DNA from: Campylobacterota bacterium
GTDB lineage: Bacteria; Babelota; Babeliae; Babelales; Chromulinivoraceae
Reading direction: 5' to 3'
Assembly (NCBI GenBank): GCA_002721975.1
Contig: PBME01000008.1
Location: 2,550 to 66,549, forward strand
Length of the DNA: 64,000 nucleotides
Under the pieces are notes generated by a model, which saw nothing but the letters and a program-made list of their open reading frames with translations, had not been told where the DNA came from and did no database searches. Below, in pieces: positions 11,357-21,775 of the stretch (the stretch's first letter is position 1; each line of letters starts with the position of its first letter). Both the position numbers and the translations under genes were made by a program.

Positions 11357-12991
11357 TTAAGTGATAAATATTTGGTCGTGAAGTAATATTGTTTCAGCAA
11401 GTTTTTTAAATAGTGGTGCAGCTACTAAAGAAGCATAGGTAACTTTTTTTGATTCTTTTACATAAGCTACAATAACTCGTTTATAATTGTTATGTTCTAT
11501 TGCGCCAACAAAGGTATAAAGATGTTTATCATCGTTGTATAGTCCATTATCTAATAAGTTAGAAGTACCTGTTTTTCCTATGATTTTGTATCCTGCTATT
11601 TTTGCACGTCTACCAGTACCACTTTGAATTGTTTCTTCTAGAATGTCTTGCATGTTTTGTATTGTTTGACTTGAAACAATTGGTCCCACTTTTTTGATAT
11701 TTTTTTGTTGTATAATTTGTGGGGTGATTACATATCCATCATTAACAATAACAGCGAATGCTCGTGCTAGTTGTAATAAATTAGTTGTTAGTTCATATCC
11801 ATAGGTTAAAGATTGTATTGAGTATGCTGACCAGTTAGTAGGGTGATTTACAAAACCTTTTTGCTCTCCTTGCAAATTGACACCGGTGAGCTCTCCAAGT
11901 CCTAATGCTTTATAATAATCATACAAATTAGTGCCAAGTCGTTTTGTTATTTTGACAATACCTATATTGTTTGAATATTTAATAATATCTTTAAATGAAA
12001 TTTTTCCATGTGGAACTACTGTGCGAATTCGAATATTATCAATTTTAGTTTCTTTTGTATTTTCACAGTCGATAATTTCGTCGATAGTCGTAATATTTTC
12101 TTCGAGAGCTGCTAAAGCTGCAAATACTTTAATAACTGATCCTGTTTCAAAGCATTCACTAATAGGACGATTTTTGGTTGTTTCAATTTGTAGATCTTTG
12201 GTATTATTTGGATCAAAGTTTGGAGCCGATACCATAGCTAAAATTTCTCCCGTATCAGGATCAAGAGCAACAGCTGCGGCTTCTTTAGCATCGCAATTAG
12301 CCAGTGTTTGATCTAAAATATCTTGAAATTTAAATTGTAAGTCAGCATCAATAGTTAATGTAATAGGTTCAGCTTCTATTCCTTGTTGAGTTGTTTCTTT
12401 AGAAAAGTAAAAGTGCTTAAGTTTAGCATCTTTTTTTAAATTATATGTTGTTGGTATGCCTTGTAACTGTGTATTGTATTGTTTTTCTATACCAAAGAGT
12501 CCATTGTTATCAATATCAGTGATGCCAAGTATTGGACCTAGTGACTCATAAGGATAAAAACGACTAGACTCTTTTAAAAGATGAATGTCAGGATGGTTGT
12601 TAGTAGTAATTGCTGTTATTTCTTCTTCTGATAAATTTCGTTTGATAAACATAAAATTTTTATGCTCATAAGCATCAAGTCGTGCTACAGCTTGTGGAAA
12701 TTGCTTTTCTAAAAATGTAGTTAATTCTTCTTTGTTAGAAATAGTTTTTGGTAAAATAAATGCAGAAATACTATCGTTGTTAATAGCAATTGGCTTATTA
12801 TTACGGTCAAAGATTTCTCCTCGCTGTGGATAGCTTTGAATAGTAACGTTGTATTGCTTATTGCCAAGATTCTTAAAAAAATCTGATTGTTTTATTTGAA
12901 TAAAATATAAATTAACAACAATAACACCATAAAGCATACAAAAAAGTAATAGGACGATAATTGATCTCGTATAATTGTTAAAAACTTCCAT
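11357..12991 (-). CDS. ftsI: Penicillin-binding protein 3-type transpeptidase (FtsI)
   Basis: 544 aa. N-terminal TM helix. SVIK (SxxK), YSNN (SxN), GKTGTS (KTG). Starts 1 nt after the ftsL-like stop. Confidence 0.88.
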   Translation of the reverse strand: MEVFNNYTRSIIVLLLFCMLYGVIVVNLYFIQIKQSDFFKNLGNKQYNVTIQSYPQRGEIFDRNNKPIAINNDSISAFILPKTISNKEELTTFLEKQFPQAVARLDAYEHKNFMFIKRNLSEEEITAITTNNHPDIHLLKESSRFYPYESLGPILGITDIDNNGLFGIEKQYNTQLQGIPTTYNLKKDAKLKHFYFSKETTQQGIEAEPITLTIDADLQFKFQDILDQTLANCDAKEAAAVALDPDTGEILAMVSAPNFDPNNTKDLQIETTKNRPISECFETGSVIKVFAALAALEENITTIDEIIDCENTKETKIDNIRIRTVVPHGKISFKDIIKYSNNIGIVKITKRLGTNLYDYYKALGLGELTGVNLQGEQKGFVNHPTNWSAYSIQSLTYGYELTTNLLQLARAFAVIVNDGYVITPQIIQQKNIKKVGPIVSSQTIQNMQDILEETIQSGTGRRAKIAGYKIIGKTGTSNLLDNGLYNDDKHLYTFVGAIEHNNYKRVIVAYVKESKKVTYASLVAAPLFKKLAETILLHDQIFIT

Positions 12992-12992
12992 G

Positions 12993-13268
12993 CTATTCCT
13001 TTTGCAAAGTAACAGTTTTTATATCTTTAATTTTTAAAGGTTTCATATGTAATTGCTTATGCGCAAAAGATTGTACTTGAGATAGTTGTTGTTCTTTATT
13101 GATTTGATACAAAATATGTTTTTTCTTTTCGAACAGTTCTGCTTGTTGTTCTTGTAGATGCTGTATGCTGTAAAGTAACTTAATAAGATGATTTTGTTTA
13201 TGGATTAATAATATTGCAAATAATATATTGATACATGCAACAAGAGCTAATAACCAAAAACTTTTCAT
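12993..13268 (-). CDS. ftsL: FtsL-like cell division protein
   Basis: ORF track gives 12993-13355. The internal ATG at 13268 gives MKSFWLLALVACINILFAILLI (one TM) followed by a coiled-coil-like region. Position immediately upstream of ftsI supports the call. Confidence 0.5.
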   Translation of the reverse strand: MKSFWLLALVACINILFAILLIHKQNHLIKLLYSIQHLQEQQAELFEKKKHILYQINKEQQLSQVQSFAHKQLHMKPLKIKDIKTVTLQKE

Positions 13269-13338
13269 AACTACATCCAAATAATAAACGGCATAATACT
13301 TGCAGTTTATGCAGAAATGTAAAAGAAATGCAAACAGT

Positions 13339-15984
13339 TTAAAATGCGTGTTCAACGTTTAAGTGTAATTGTGTCATTTCTTTTTTGAATTTTTTACTTG
13401 GATTCAATTTGATACCAAAATCAACTTGCAACGGTGAAGGTGATTTAACACGGAATCCTATACCTACGCTATGTCGGTAAAAGAAGTTATTGTTTTGTAA
13501 TTCGCGACAGAATTTAGGATTTGCAGCAGCAATTTCATCTCTGTAAGGTGTATTCCATCCAGCACCGCCATCATAGAATATGACGCCTCGTGTATTCATA
13601 TTAGAGCTAATTGGCATAATAAATTCTACATTCACATTAAATGCACGTGTTGCTCCAAGAGAAGTATCTTTCCAGCATGGTCCTACTTGTCCGTATGTAT
13701 AACCACGTACGGTTGTTGGTCCGCCAACATGATACAAGCTTTTCCATGGTACTTGTTTATTGTCAAACTTATGAATTAAACCTGCATTACCATGAACACA
13801 TAAAACAAGATCATGTTCACCAATAAGTGGCGTATACCAAGAGACGTCTATTTCTGTTCTAAAATATTGGAAACGAGAGTTTTGAGGTGTATTTGCTTTC
13901 ATACAGTTTGATTCTTGGAAACAAGGTAACATAGTAGATCCTGGTAAAGTAAATTGATTTACCCAGCTCCATTGGTGTCCTTGTGTTGAGAATACAATGC
14001 CATCACGTTTGTCTTGTGACACATTACAGATCAGTGATACTTGAGAACCTTCTTGGAAGTTTTGATTTAAAATAAGCTGCGCGAGAGAAGAATCTCTACC
14101 TAATCTGTTAGCAGCTTTTATATTTTCATCATAACTAATTTTTTCGTATGCGAGTACACCTTCAATAAGCATACCATTGAGCTTTGGTGTTACATAACCA
14201 AGACTTGCACTTCCTCCAATTGCTCTTTCAAATGGATGATTTTGTGCGATATCGACGTTATCATATTCTGATTTTTTAACATAAGCATTTAATGATCCTC
14301 GAATAGGTTTGTCAAAAAGCCATGGATTAACAAGGTTTATATTAAATGCTCTATAACGTTTTGAAAGTTCAATAGAACTTGATGTTGCAATACCAGAACC
14401 ACCTAAGTTGCGATCACCTGCGCTAATATTTAAATTAAGACCGGTTTGAGGGGTTTGGCGATTGCTTGGTGATCCTCCATATCCAAGATTAAAGTTAAAG
14501 TGACCAGTCTTTACTTCTTTAAGTAATAATTCAAGGTCAGCATGCGTATCATCAATTCGAGTGGTTTTCCAGTTAACTCCGTTTTTAGGATCAAAATAAT
14601 TTAAAATATTGACTCGAGACTTTGAAATTTCCATTTTGCGATTAGTAATAAGCTCGCCTTCATCAAGCAGAATAGAACGACGAAGAACGCTGTCTTTTGT
14701 TTTTTGATTACCTTTAATAGTTAATCTATTAAGATATACTTGGTCTTTTAAATCAGAATTAAATGTGAGAGAAACAGTTTTGTCTTTTTCGTTGATATCT
14801 ACTATTGGATCAATATCTGCAAATAGATATCCATACTCACCCCAAATCATTTTTAAGTTTTCAAGAGCGTTTCTTATTTTTTCTTGAGAGTAAAATTGTC
14901 CAGGGACGATAGGAATAACAGCTTTTAGTTGTTGTTCAGATAATTTATCATTACCAGGAGCGTTAATTTCTTTGATGATATAACGATCACCTTCATAAAT
15001 GTTATAAGTAATATCATAGTTACCGGTTTTATTGTTTTTTTGTACATCAGTATTGATTACTTTTGCGTGTACAAAACCGTTACTTTTGTAAGCATCTTCG
15101 ATCATGTATTTATCACCTTCAAGCATTTCAGGGTTATAAACACCAGATCTATCAATCATGCCAAGAAGCCAGTCTTCTTTAGATAAAATTATACGCTTTA
15201 ATTTTTTATTAGATACGTGTTTGTTACCTTTGAACATGACTTGTGTAAGATATGATTTTTTGCCTTCTTTTATATCAAATTTAGCATTAACATGTCCGTC
15301 ATCAGTAGGTGTAATTGCACCAGTAACTTCTGTGTTATGATAATTTTTCTTTTGATAAAGTTTTTTGATTTTAGAAACAATAGCTTGTACTTCTTCTTTA
15401 ACAAGTGTGTGCACAGTGTTTAACTTTAATTCTTCTTTTAATTCTTTAGAAGTAATAGCTTTATTTCCTGTAAATGTAATATCTTGGATACGAGGTTTTT
15501 CTTGAACGATAATATGTAAATCAACATTGTCATTTTCAAGTGGCTCAGCATAAATTTTTACTTGATGGAAATAACCTGTTTTATACAAGTTTTTGATCAT
15601 AGTAGCTGTGTAATTAACATTAAATAAATCACCAACCTTTAAAGGTAGCCTGTGAACAATGGAGTCTTTAGTAATTACTTTATTACCTTTGACATGAATT
15701 GTTTTAATTTTACGCTTTTCTTCTTGTAGTTTTGCTCGCTGTTGATAATCAATTTTATTTGGAAAATTCTTTTTTTCTGAAGCAGCAATAGTTTTTTTTG
15801 TGCTCTTTTTTTTCGGTTGACCTTGTTTTTTATTAGGTTCTTTATTAACTTTTTTGTTATAAACAGCTTCGTTTACAATATCGAGGTTTTGAGAATCATT
15901 ACCACACATTACTTGGGGTAGAAAATACAAACCAAATGCTAAAAGTATGTAATGTATACGTCGTTTTTTATTTTCATGTACCAT
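13339..15984 (-). CDS. bamA: Outer membrane protein assembly factor BamA (Omp85 family)
   Basis: 881 aa. Signal peptide, Lys-rich linker, repeated POTRA-like units (I..I.V.GN....), and a C-terminal barrel ending ...LHLNVEHAF. Confidence 0.85.
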   Translation of the reverse strand: MVHENKKRRIHYILLAFGLYFLPQVMCGNDSQNLDIVNEAVYNKKVNKEPNKKQGQPKKKSTKKTIAASEKKNFPNKIDYQQRAKLQEEKRKIKTIHVKGNKVITKDSIVHRLPLKVGDLFNVNYTATMIKNLYKTGYFHQVKIYAEPLENDNVDLHIIVQEKPRIQDITFTGNKAITSKELKEELKLNTVHTLVKEEVQAIVSKIKKLYQKKNYHNTEVTGAITPTDDGHVNAKFDIKEGKKSYLTQVMFKGNKHVSNKKLKRIILSKEDWLLGMIDRSGVYNPEMLEGDKYMIEDAYKSNGFVHAKVINTDVQKNNKTGNYDITYNIYEGDRYIIKEINAPGNDKLSEQQLKAVIPIVPGQFYSQEKIRNALENLKMIWGEYGYLFADIDPIVDINEKDKTVSLTFNSDLKDQVYLNRLTIKGNQKTKDSVLRRSILLDEGELITNRKMEISKSRVNILNYFDPKNGVNWKTTRIDDTHADLELLLKEVKTGHFNFNLGYGGSPSNRQTPQTGLNLNISAGDRNLGGSGIATSSSIELSKRYRAFNINLVNPWLFDKPIRGSLNAYVKKSEYDNVDIAQNHPFERAIGGSASLGYVTPKLNGMLIEGVLAYEKISYDENIKAANRLGRDSSLAQLILNQNFQEGSQVSLICNVSQDKRDGIVFSTQGHQWSWVNQFTLPGSTMLPCFQESNCMKANTPQNSRFQYFRTEIDVSWYTPLIGEHDLVLCVHGNAGLIHKFDNKQVPWKSLYHVGGPTTVRGYTYGQVGPCWKDTSLGATRAFNVNVEFIMPISSNMNTRGVIFYDGGAGWNTPYRDEIAAANPKFCRELQNNNFFYRHSVGIGFRVKSPSPLQVDFGIKLNPSKKFKKEMTQLHLNVEHAF

Positions 15985-16137
15985 TCAATCTTCTCCTGAA
16001 ATGATGTAAGCAATTTTTTTTGCTAATCTAATTTTTATGAATTTAGACGGTTTTATGATACTATTTTTTTTTGAAATTGGCTAAAAAATAGAAGATGTTT
16101 TTGAAATTTTTAAAGATTTATAGAAAAGAAATTTATT

Positions 16138-17472
16138 ATGTTACTTTTTACAAATACATTAACTCGTAAAAAAGAAAAATTTTTAACAGCAAAAGATAAG
16201 CCTGTTTCTTTGTATGTTTGCGGTATAACTCCGTATGATTTTGCTCATATTGGTCACGGACGTTGTTATGTAACTTTTGATTTAGTGTACCGATTATTAA
16301 AGTTTCTTGGATATGAGGTGACGTATTGTAGAAATTTTACAGATATAGATGATAAAATTTTAAAACGTTCAGAACAAGAACTTGGAGATATGTATCGTTA
16401 TGCCGAAATTACACAAAAATATATTGATTCATTTTTATCTGATATGAAACAATTACAGTGCTTGAACCCTACGATACAACCTCGTGTTACAGAAATGATT
16501 CCTCAAATTATTTCTTTTATACAGGGTTTGATTGATAAAAAAGCTGCTTATGAATCTCAGGGGAGTGTTTATTTTAGGGTTTCTTCGTATCAAGAATATG
16601 GAAAATTATCAAAGCAAAACATTAAACAATTGCAGTCAGGTGCACGTATTCAAGTAGATGATACAAAAGAAGATCCTCTTGATTTTGCATTATGGAAAAA
16701 AGATGAAAAAGTTGGTTTTCAAAGTCCTTGGGGGCAAGGTAGACCTGGTTGGCATATTGAGTGTTCGGCAATGGCCCAAGATGTTTTTCAAGATACAGTA
16801 GATATACATGGGGGCGGAATAGATTTGCTATTTCCTCATCATGAAAATGAAATAGCACAATCAGAAAGTTTATATAATCGCTCTTTTGTTAATTATTGGC
16901 TTCATAATGCATTTGTACAAATTAACAAAGAAAAAATGTCTAAATCGTTAGGTAATTATTTTACATTGCAAGATATGTTTAAAGAATTTGACCCTATGGT
17001 GATTCGATTTTATTTTTTAAAGCATCATTATCGTAATCCCTTAGAATTTGCAGTCGATGATCTTAAGGCAGCTGAAACAACATATAAACGATTAGTGAAT
17101 GCTTTTAAAGATGTATCTATAGAATCTATTGACGATATAGAACAAGTAAGAAACCATAGTGTTGTTGCTGCCATGTTGGAATATTTGCAAGACGATATGA
17201 ATACATCTGGTGCATTAGGAGTACTGTTTGAAAAGTTATCGTTATTGCAAGATGATCATGAAGCAAAATCATATATAAAATATTTATTGGTACATGTGTT
17301 TGGTTTAACGTTACAAGTATTGCCTGAAAAAAAAGTGATTATTACTCCAGAAATACAAAATTTGATAAATCAACGAGAACAAGCTCGAGCAAATAAAGAT
17401 TGGACATTAGCAGATAAATTGCGTGATCAGCTTCAAGCAATGGGCGTTGTGTTACAAGATAAAAAATTATAG
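16138..17472 (+). CDS. cysS: Cysteine--tRNA ligase
   Basis: 444 aa. HIGH-type AHIGHGR, WHIECS, KMSKS. Confidence 0.95.
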   Translation: MLLFTNTLTRKKEKFLTAKDKPVSLYVCGITPYDFAHIGHGRCYVTFDLVYRLLKFLGYEVTYCRNFTDIDDKILKRSEQELGDMYRYAEITQKYIDSFLSDMKQLQCLNPTIQPRVTEMIPQIISFIQGLIDKKAAYESQGSVYFRVSSYQEYGKLSKQNIKQLQSGARIQVDDTKEDPLDFALWKKDEKVGFQSPWGQGRPGWHIECSAMAQDVFQDTVDIHGGGIDLLFPHHENEIAQSESLYNRSFVNYWLHNAFVQINKEKMSKSLGNYFTLQDMFKEFDPMVIRFYFLKHHYRNPLEFAVDDLKAAETTYKRLVNAFKDVSIESIDDIEQVRNHSVVAAMLEYLQDDMNTSGALGVLFEKLSLLQDDHEAKSYIKYLLVHVFGLTLQVLPEKKVIITPEIQNLINQREQARANKDWTLADKLRDQLQAMGVVLQDKKL

Positions 17473-17580
17473 TACTTGTTACATAAAAATGATGCTTTAA
17501 TAAAACAAGTTTGGTTGTTATAATAAAATAGTTTTTCTAAAAAATTCAGTCTTAAAAATCCATATTTAGGGGGATTGTTT

Positions 17581-18066
17581 ATGCAAAAGATTAGATTATT
17601 TGTGTTGTTGTTACTGTGCGAGTCTTTTATTCAAGCAAGTCAAAGAGATAGTGCACAATATGTAGAGCAGGTTTTTAACGAGTCTAAAACTCCTGTTATT
17701 TTAGGGCAGGCTCAAAAACTTGATTCAGAAGAACCGATAACTGTTTCAAAAGAGGTAGTAATTGATAATGTTGCACATTCTGAATCTCCTATACCTCAAG
17801 ATCCTAAAAAAATAGAAAATCAGAATGATGATACATTTTCTCAAAATGCAATAAGCCGTAGTGTGAGTCAGCATGTTGGTTTTGCACATTATTGTTTAGT
17901 TAATGGAAAATATCGACGTGGCGTTTGGGTATATGGAAAATTTTATCCGTTATATTCGCAAAGTACTTCAAAAAAATCAAGTAGTTTAAACAGTAGTCAA
18001 ACTCAACAAAGTACAACAAGCCGCAGTTTAAAGATGAGTGGTGCTAGAAGAAGTCGTAGTCAGTAA
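17581..18066 (+). CDS. Secreted hypothetical protein with a Ser-rich basic C-terminus
   Basis: ATG at 17581 follows GGGGGA. Signal-like MQKIRLFVLLLLCESFIQA. No family recognised. Confidence 0.5.
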   Translation: MQKIRLFVLLLLCESFIQASQRDSAQYVEQVFNESKTPVILGQAQKLDSEEPITVSKEVVIDNVAHSESPIPQDPKKIENQNDDTFSQNAISRSVSQHVGFAHYCLVNGKYRRGVWVYGKFYPLYSQSTSKKSSSLNSSQTQQSTTSRSLKMSGARRSRSQ

Positions 18067-18199
18067 CTATGACTATATAAATTACTTATAATTATATTAT
18101 TTTATATCTTATCATTTTTTATTTTTACTATTGTAAAAATAATTATAAAATAAAAATTTTTATGGTAAAAAAATTAACTTTAACGTATTGGAGTTATGT

Positions 18200-19054
18200 A
18201 TGAATACAAAAAAACAAAAGCTAGTCGTTGTTTTATCTATAGTTCATCTCATAGTATTTGGAACTCATGATGTAATAGAAGTTGATCCAATAGAGTGTAA
18301 GGTCGGAAAACATGTTCTTTTTGCTGCTGAAGAAGATTCTCAAGAAGTAAGTAATTGGAAAAAGTATTTAGAAGAAAATTACGAAAATTATCCTTACAGC
18401 ATTTGTATAGATTTAACAAATCCTAATATTAATGTTTCTTTGCAGGCAGATCGGTATAGAAATCCTGAAGTGAGCATACCAAGAACATCGAATAATTTTG
18501 CAGTGGATTGTAATATTGTGAAAGCGTTTTGTTCAAGTTATGATCAAAGTAGAGACACTGAAGTTGATGTAAGTGTCATGAGTGTTCCTAGGGCAATAAG
18601 TAAAAATCATGTTGTTGTATTAGATCCAAAATTACCTTTTTCTACTCAAGAAGCTTTGTTATATAAACTGGATTGGTATAAGTTTTTGAAAAAATATGCT
18701 TGCATTAGTGATGTTCGAGTTGATATTAAACCTGAAGCTACATTTGTACAAACTGACAATATGCGTCTACGTTTTGAGCGTGGTGATCTACGTGGAGTAT
18801 TTGCTACTTGTATACCATTTATTAAGCATTATGGTATGTCTTCTCCGCCAGCGTTGCCAAACTTGTCAGCGATTTGTGCTTTAAGTAGTAAGTCTTATTC
18901 TCGACCAAACAATCATTTTGATGATAGAAGAAGAACACGTGAACAGCGAGATGATACAGATAACGATCTTGATGAAAAACCAAAGCAGGGCAGTCCTGAG
19001 CCAAGTGACAACCAAGATTTTTTTAGTGCTGTGCGACGTCAGCATTTTAATTAA
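18200..19054 (+). CDS. Secreted hypothetical protein
   Basis: ATG at 18200 follows TGGAG. Hydrophobic leader LVVVLSIVHLIVFG. Acidic, basic-patch C-terminus. No family recognised. Confidence 0.5.
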   Translation: MNTKKQKLVVVLSIVHLIVFGTHDVIEVDPIECKVGKHVLFAAEEDSQEVSNWKKYLEENYENYPYSICIDLTNPNINVSLQADRYRNPEVSIPRTSNNFAVDCNIVKAFCSSYDQSRDTEVDVSVMSVPRAISKNHVVVLDPKLPFSTQEALLYKLDWYKFLKKYACISDVRVDIKPEATFVQTDNMRLRFERGDLRGVFATCIPFIKHYGMSSPPALPNLSAICALSSKSYSRPNNHFDDRRRTREQRDDTDNDLDEKPKQGSPEPSDNQDFFSAVRRQHFN

Positions 19055-19093
19055 AAAGTTTAAAAATATACAAATTTTGTATTGTGTTAGAAA

Positions 19094-19125
19094 TAAAAAG
19101 AGCAACTTTGTTGTTGCTCTTTTTA
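19094..19125. terminator. Bidirectional terminator between convergent genes
   Basis: A run, agagcaac-tttgtt-gttgctct, T run. Lies between the stops at 19054 (+) and 19144 (-). Confidence 0.7.
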
Positions 19126-19143
19126 TTTCTAATGTATTGAATC

Positions 19144-19470
19144 TTAAACTGAAGCTAGAAAATCTTCAACTCGAGCTTTTAAAGCTTCTTTGCTCATATA
19201 ACCTGTGTCTTTAGAATGCATTTCACCATTGTTATAAAACACAAAAGTTGGAACAGAAGTAACACCAAACATGATTGAAAGATCGCGAGCTTCATCAACA
19301 TTAAGCGCTGCAAATTTACATTTGCCTTCAAATTCTTTTGCAAGTTCTGTAAATATAGGTTTCATTTGCTGACATGGGCCACACCATGTTGCATAGACAT
19401 CGATGACGATTGGCTTGTCAGATTGTTTGATTTCTGCATCAAAGTTATCTTTGTTTATAGTAACAGGCAT
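19144..19470 (-). CDS. trxA: Thioredoxin
   Basis: 108 aa. WCGPC active site and typical thioredoxin length. Confidence 0.95.
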   Translation of the reverse strand: MPVTINKDNFDAEIKQSDKPIVIDVYATWCGPCQQMKPIFTELAKEFEGKCKFAALNVDEARDLSIMFGVTSVPTFVFYNNGEMHSKDTGYMSKEALKARVEDFLASV

Positions 19471-19507
19471 AACGAGCTCCTTGAATTTAGCTATTTACTA
19501 ATTTTTT

Positions 19508-20281
19508 TTATTGTAACATATTTAATATTTTTTGCAGTTGTTCACGTAATGTTTTGAGTAGTGTTAAAATAGAGCTTTTCATTTGTTCAAGTGTAGAAGG
19601 ATTATCATGTGATAAATCTTTAACATTTTTTTCGATTTGATCAAGAATGTTAGAAGTATCTTTTGAAATTTCATGTTTTTGATGTTTGTTGTGAGACGTT
19701 GTTACACCGTATTCTTTGTGCTGATCTTTTTCTTTAATTGATTTGTAACCTTTAATTGTCATTTTTTTAATGTGAATCATATTAAGTTCGCGTTCTACAA
19801 GTACTTCTTCTTTTGTATCTTTTGGTCCTTTATCTATTTCTTTACAAGTTACTTTGCGTGATGTTTCTATTAAGTAGTCTTTTCTAGTATCGTTAATTGA
19901 AGTAATAATGATTTCAATGTAATCACGTTTGTTAATTTCAATTGTTGAAGCTGTTGGGTGATCTGGATGCTTTAATTCAATGCTTTTAATTTCATGAAGA
20001 TCGATTAAAGCTTTGTTTTGTTTAGGATCTACTTGCTCTTTTTGGTCAGTATTAATTTTTTTGCTTTTTGAAATTGTTGGATATACTGCAATATCTTGAT
20101 ATCTGCCGCCGATTAAAATATCTTCAACTTTAAATGTTTTATTATGATCTTCAATGGTTCCATAAAAATTTACATCAGGACGTTTGTCTTTTGTGTCTGA
20201 ATCAACTAATGATCCGTTCCAACATACAAAGTGTATAAATCCTAGTAACACTATGAATGACTGACTGCGATTATACTTCAT
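19508..20281 (-). CDS. Secreted hypothetical protein
   Basis: 257 aa. Leader FIVLLGFIHFVCW. Lys/Asp-rich. No family recognised. Confidence 0.5.
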   Translation of the reverse strand: MKYNRSQSFIVLLGFIHFVCWNGSLVDSDTKDKRPDVNFYGTIEDHNKTFKVEDILIGGRYQDIAVYPTISKSKKINTDQKEQVDPKQNKALIDLHEIKSIELKHPDHPTASTIEINKRDYIEIIITSINDTRKDYLIETSRKVTCKEIDKGPKDTKEEVLVERELNMIHIKKMTIKGYKSIKEKDQHKEYGVTTSHNKHQKHEISKDTSNILDQIEKNVKDLSHDNPSTLEQMKSSILTLLKTLREQLQKILNMLQ

Positions 20282-20437
20282 TTTGCTCCTTTTTTATATT
20301 ATATAATACCTTGTTATTGTTTTACTATAACGAAATAAAAGAGTCTATAGTTGTGCTTTATCTCATGCTAAAAATATAGTAAATTGGTAGAAACGTAGTA
20401 ACATACAATTTATTTGTATAGAACGAAAGGATATATT

Positions 20438-21136
20438 ATGAATTTTCATAATCAAGATCACATGAATCAGGCTTCAATGGCTCAAGGATTTATGGTTAAA
20501 GTGTATAGCTGGATGTGTGTAGGGCTCGCTGTTTCTGCAAGTGTTGCATATTATATGTTTACTCATATTGCTTTGATGCAACTTGTTGTATCAAGCTTTG
20601 GGATTCAGCTAGGGTTAATTTTTGGTATGTTAGGAATTGTGTTTTTTATAGGAGCTCAATTTCAAAAACTTAGTTACCCAGCAGTAGCTTTATTGTATAC
20701 ATTATTTGCAGTGTTAGAAGGAGTGTTTTTAGCTCCTATATTGTTAGTTTATACAGGTGCTTCTGTAATAAATGTTTTTGTAACTGCATCATTGATGTTT
20801 GTTGGCATGGCACTATATGGTTGGATTACAAAATCTGATCTTTCATCAATGGGCAATTTGATGACGATGGCACTATGGGGTTTAATCCTGAGTATGTTTG
20901 TTAACTGGTTTTTGCAAAGTGATGTATTTAGTTTGCTTATTTCGTCTATTGCTGTTGGTGTATTTGCTATGCTTGTTGCATATGATGTGCAAAATTTAAA
21001 ACGATTAAGTCAGCAAATGGTTATGACGCCAAGTGATGCAAATAAAATTGCAATTATGGGTGCATTGAACTTGTATTTAAATATGATTAATTTATTTTTA
21101 CATTTACTTCGTTTGTTTGGCCAACGTAGAGATTAA
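20438..21136 (+). CDS. BAX inhibitor-1/YccA family membrane protein
   Basis: ORF track gives 20414. The ATG at 20438 follows AAAGGA. Seven hydrophobic segments and a C-terminal charged tail LFGQRRD, typical of the BI-1 family. Confidence 0.75.
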   Translation: MNFHNQDHMNQASMAQGFMVKVYSWMCVGLAVSASVAYYMFTHIALMQLVVSSFGIQLGLIFGMLGIVFFIGAQFQKLSYPAVALLYTLFAVLEGVFLAPILLVYTGASVINVFVTASLMFVGMALYGWITKSDLSSMGNLMTMALWGLILSMFVNWFLQSDVFSLLISSIAVGVFAMLVAYDVQNLKRLSQQMVMTPSDANKIAIMGALNLYLNMINLFLHLLRLFGQRRD

Positions 21137-21161
21137 TTTTAAATTTATATATTTGTATATA

Positions 21162-21191
21162 AAAAAAGCCGGAAAAATTCCGGCTTTTTTG
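21162..21191. terminator. Bidirectional terminator
   Basis: AAAAAA-agccgg-aaaaatt-ccggct-TTTTTT between convergent genes. Confidence 0.75.
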
Positions 21192-21205
21192 TTGTTAGGA
21201 GTCCT

Positions 21206-21688
21206 TTATGAAAGAGAAGCAATTGCTGCTGCCATAGCGAGCATGCCTACTAGTTTTCCACTAGCTCCTATCATAAACTTAGTCCAATTATGTGATCCCC
21301 AAATTGTGCACATTGCTTTTGGAGGAACAACAAAACCTAGCCATAAAAAACCAGCTGTTTTCATTGAGCAAATTAAAGAATTGTTAGTTTTGATGCCATC
21401 TTCTAAGAAGAAAGAAAATACTCGGCCAAATCCTTCTTGAGCATATACAGCAGTTTGTGTTTTTTGAAAAATTGAAATCGCAATGTAAAGTGCAGTTGCC
21501 ATAAGAACAGATACAACTGCATGCATTGCTAATTTTGTATTAAAATCTTTTGAGTTAGCAGGTTTTCCACCAGATTTTTTCCACATTGGTCCAAATAAGT
21601 GGTCAGAATACCATAACATTCCTACAGCGATTTCGGCTGCAGCTGCTGCTAATATCGGCATATACGCCTGTGCATGCATCATATACAA
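21206..21688 (-). CDS. DUF1761-family membrane protein
   Basis: 160 aa. N-terminal ILAAAAAEIAVGMLWYSDHLFGPMWKK resembles the DUF1761 signature (hydrophobic helix then WY..LFG..W). Four hydrophobic segments. Confidence 0.55.
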   Translation of the reverse strand: MYMMHAQAYMPILAAAAAEIAVGMLWYSDHLFGPMWKKSGGKPANSKDFNTKLAMHAVVSVLMATALYIAISIFQKTQTAVYAQEGFGRVFSFFLEDGIKTNNSLICSMKTAGFLWLGFVVPPKAMCTIWGSHNWTKFMIGASGKLVGMLAMAAAIASLS

Positions 21689-21775
21689 TCTCCTTTTTAG
21701 AGTTATACGGTTTATAATAAAAGCAAATCTAAATAGATTTTAATTCTTTGTCAAATATTGCATGTCGCGTAAAGA

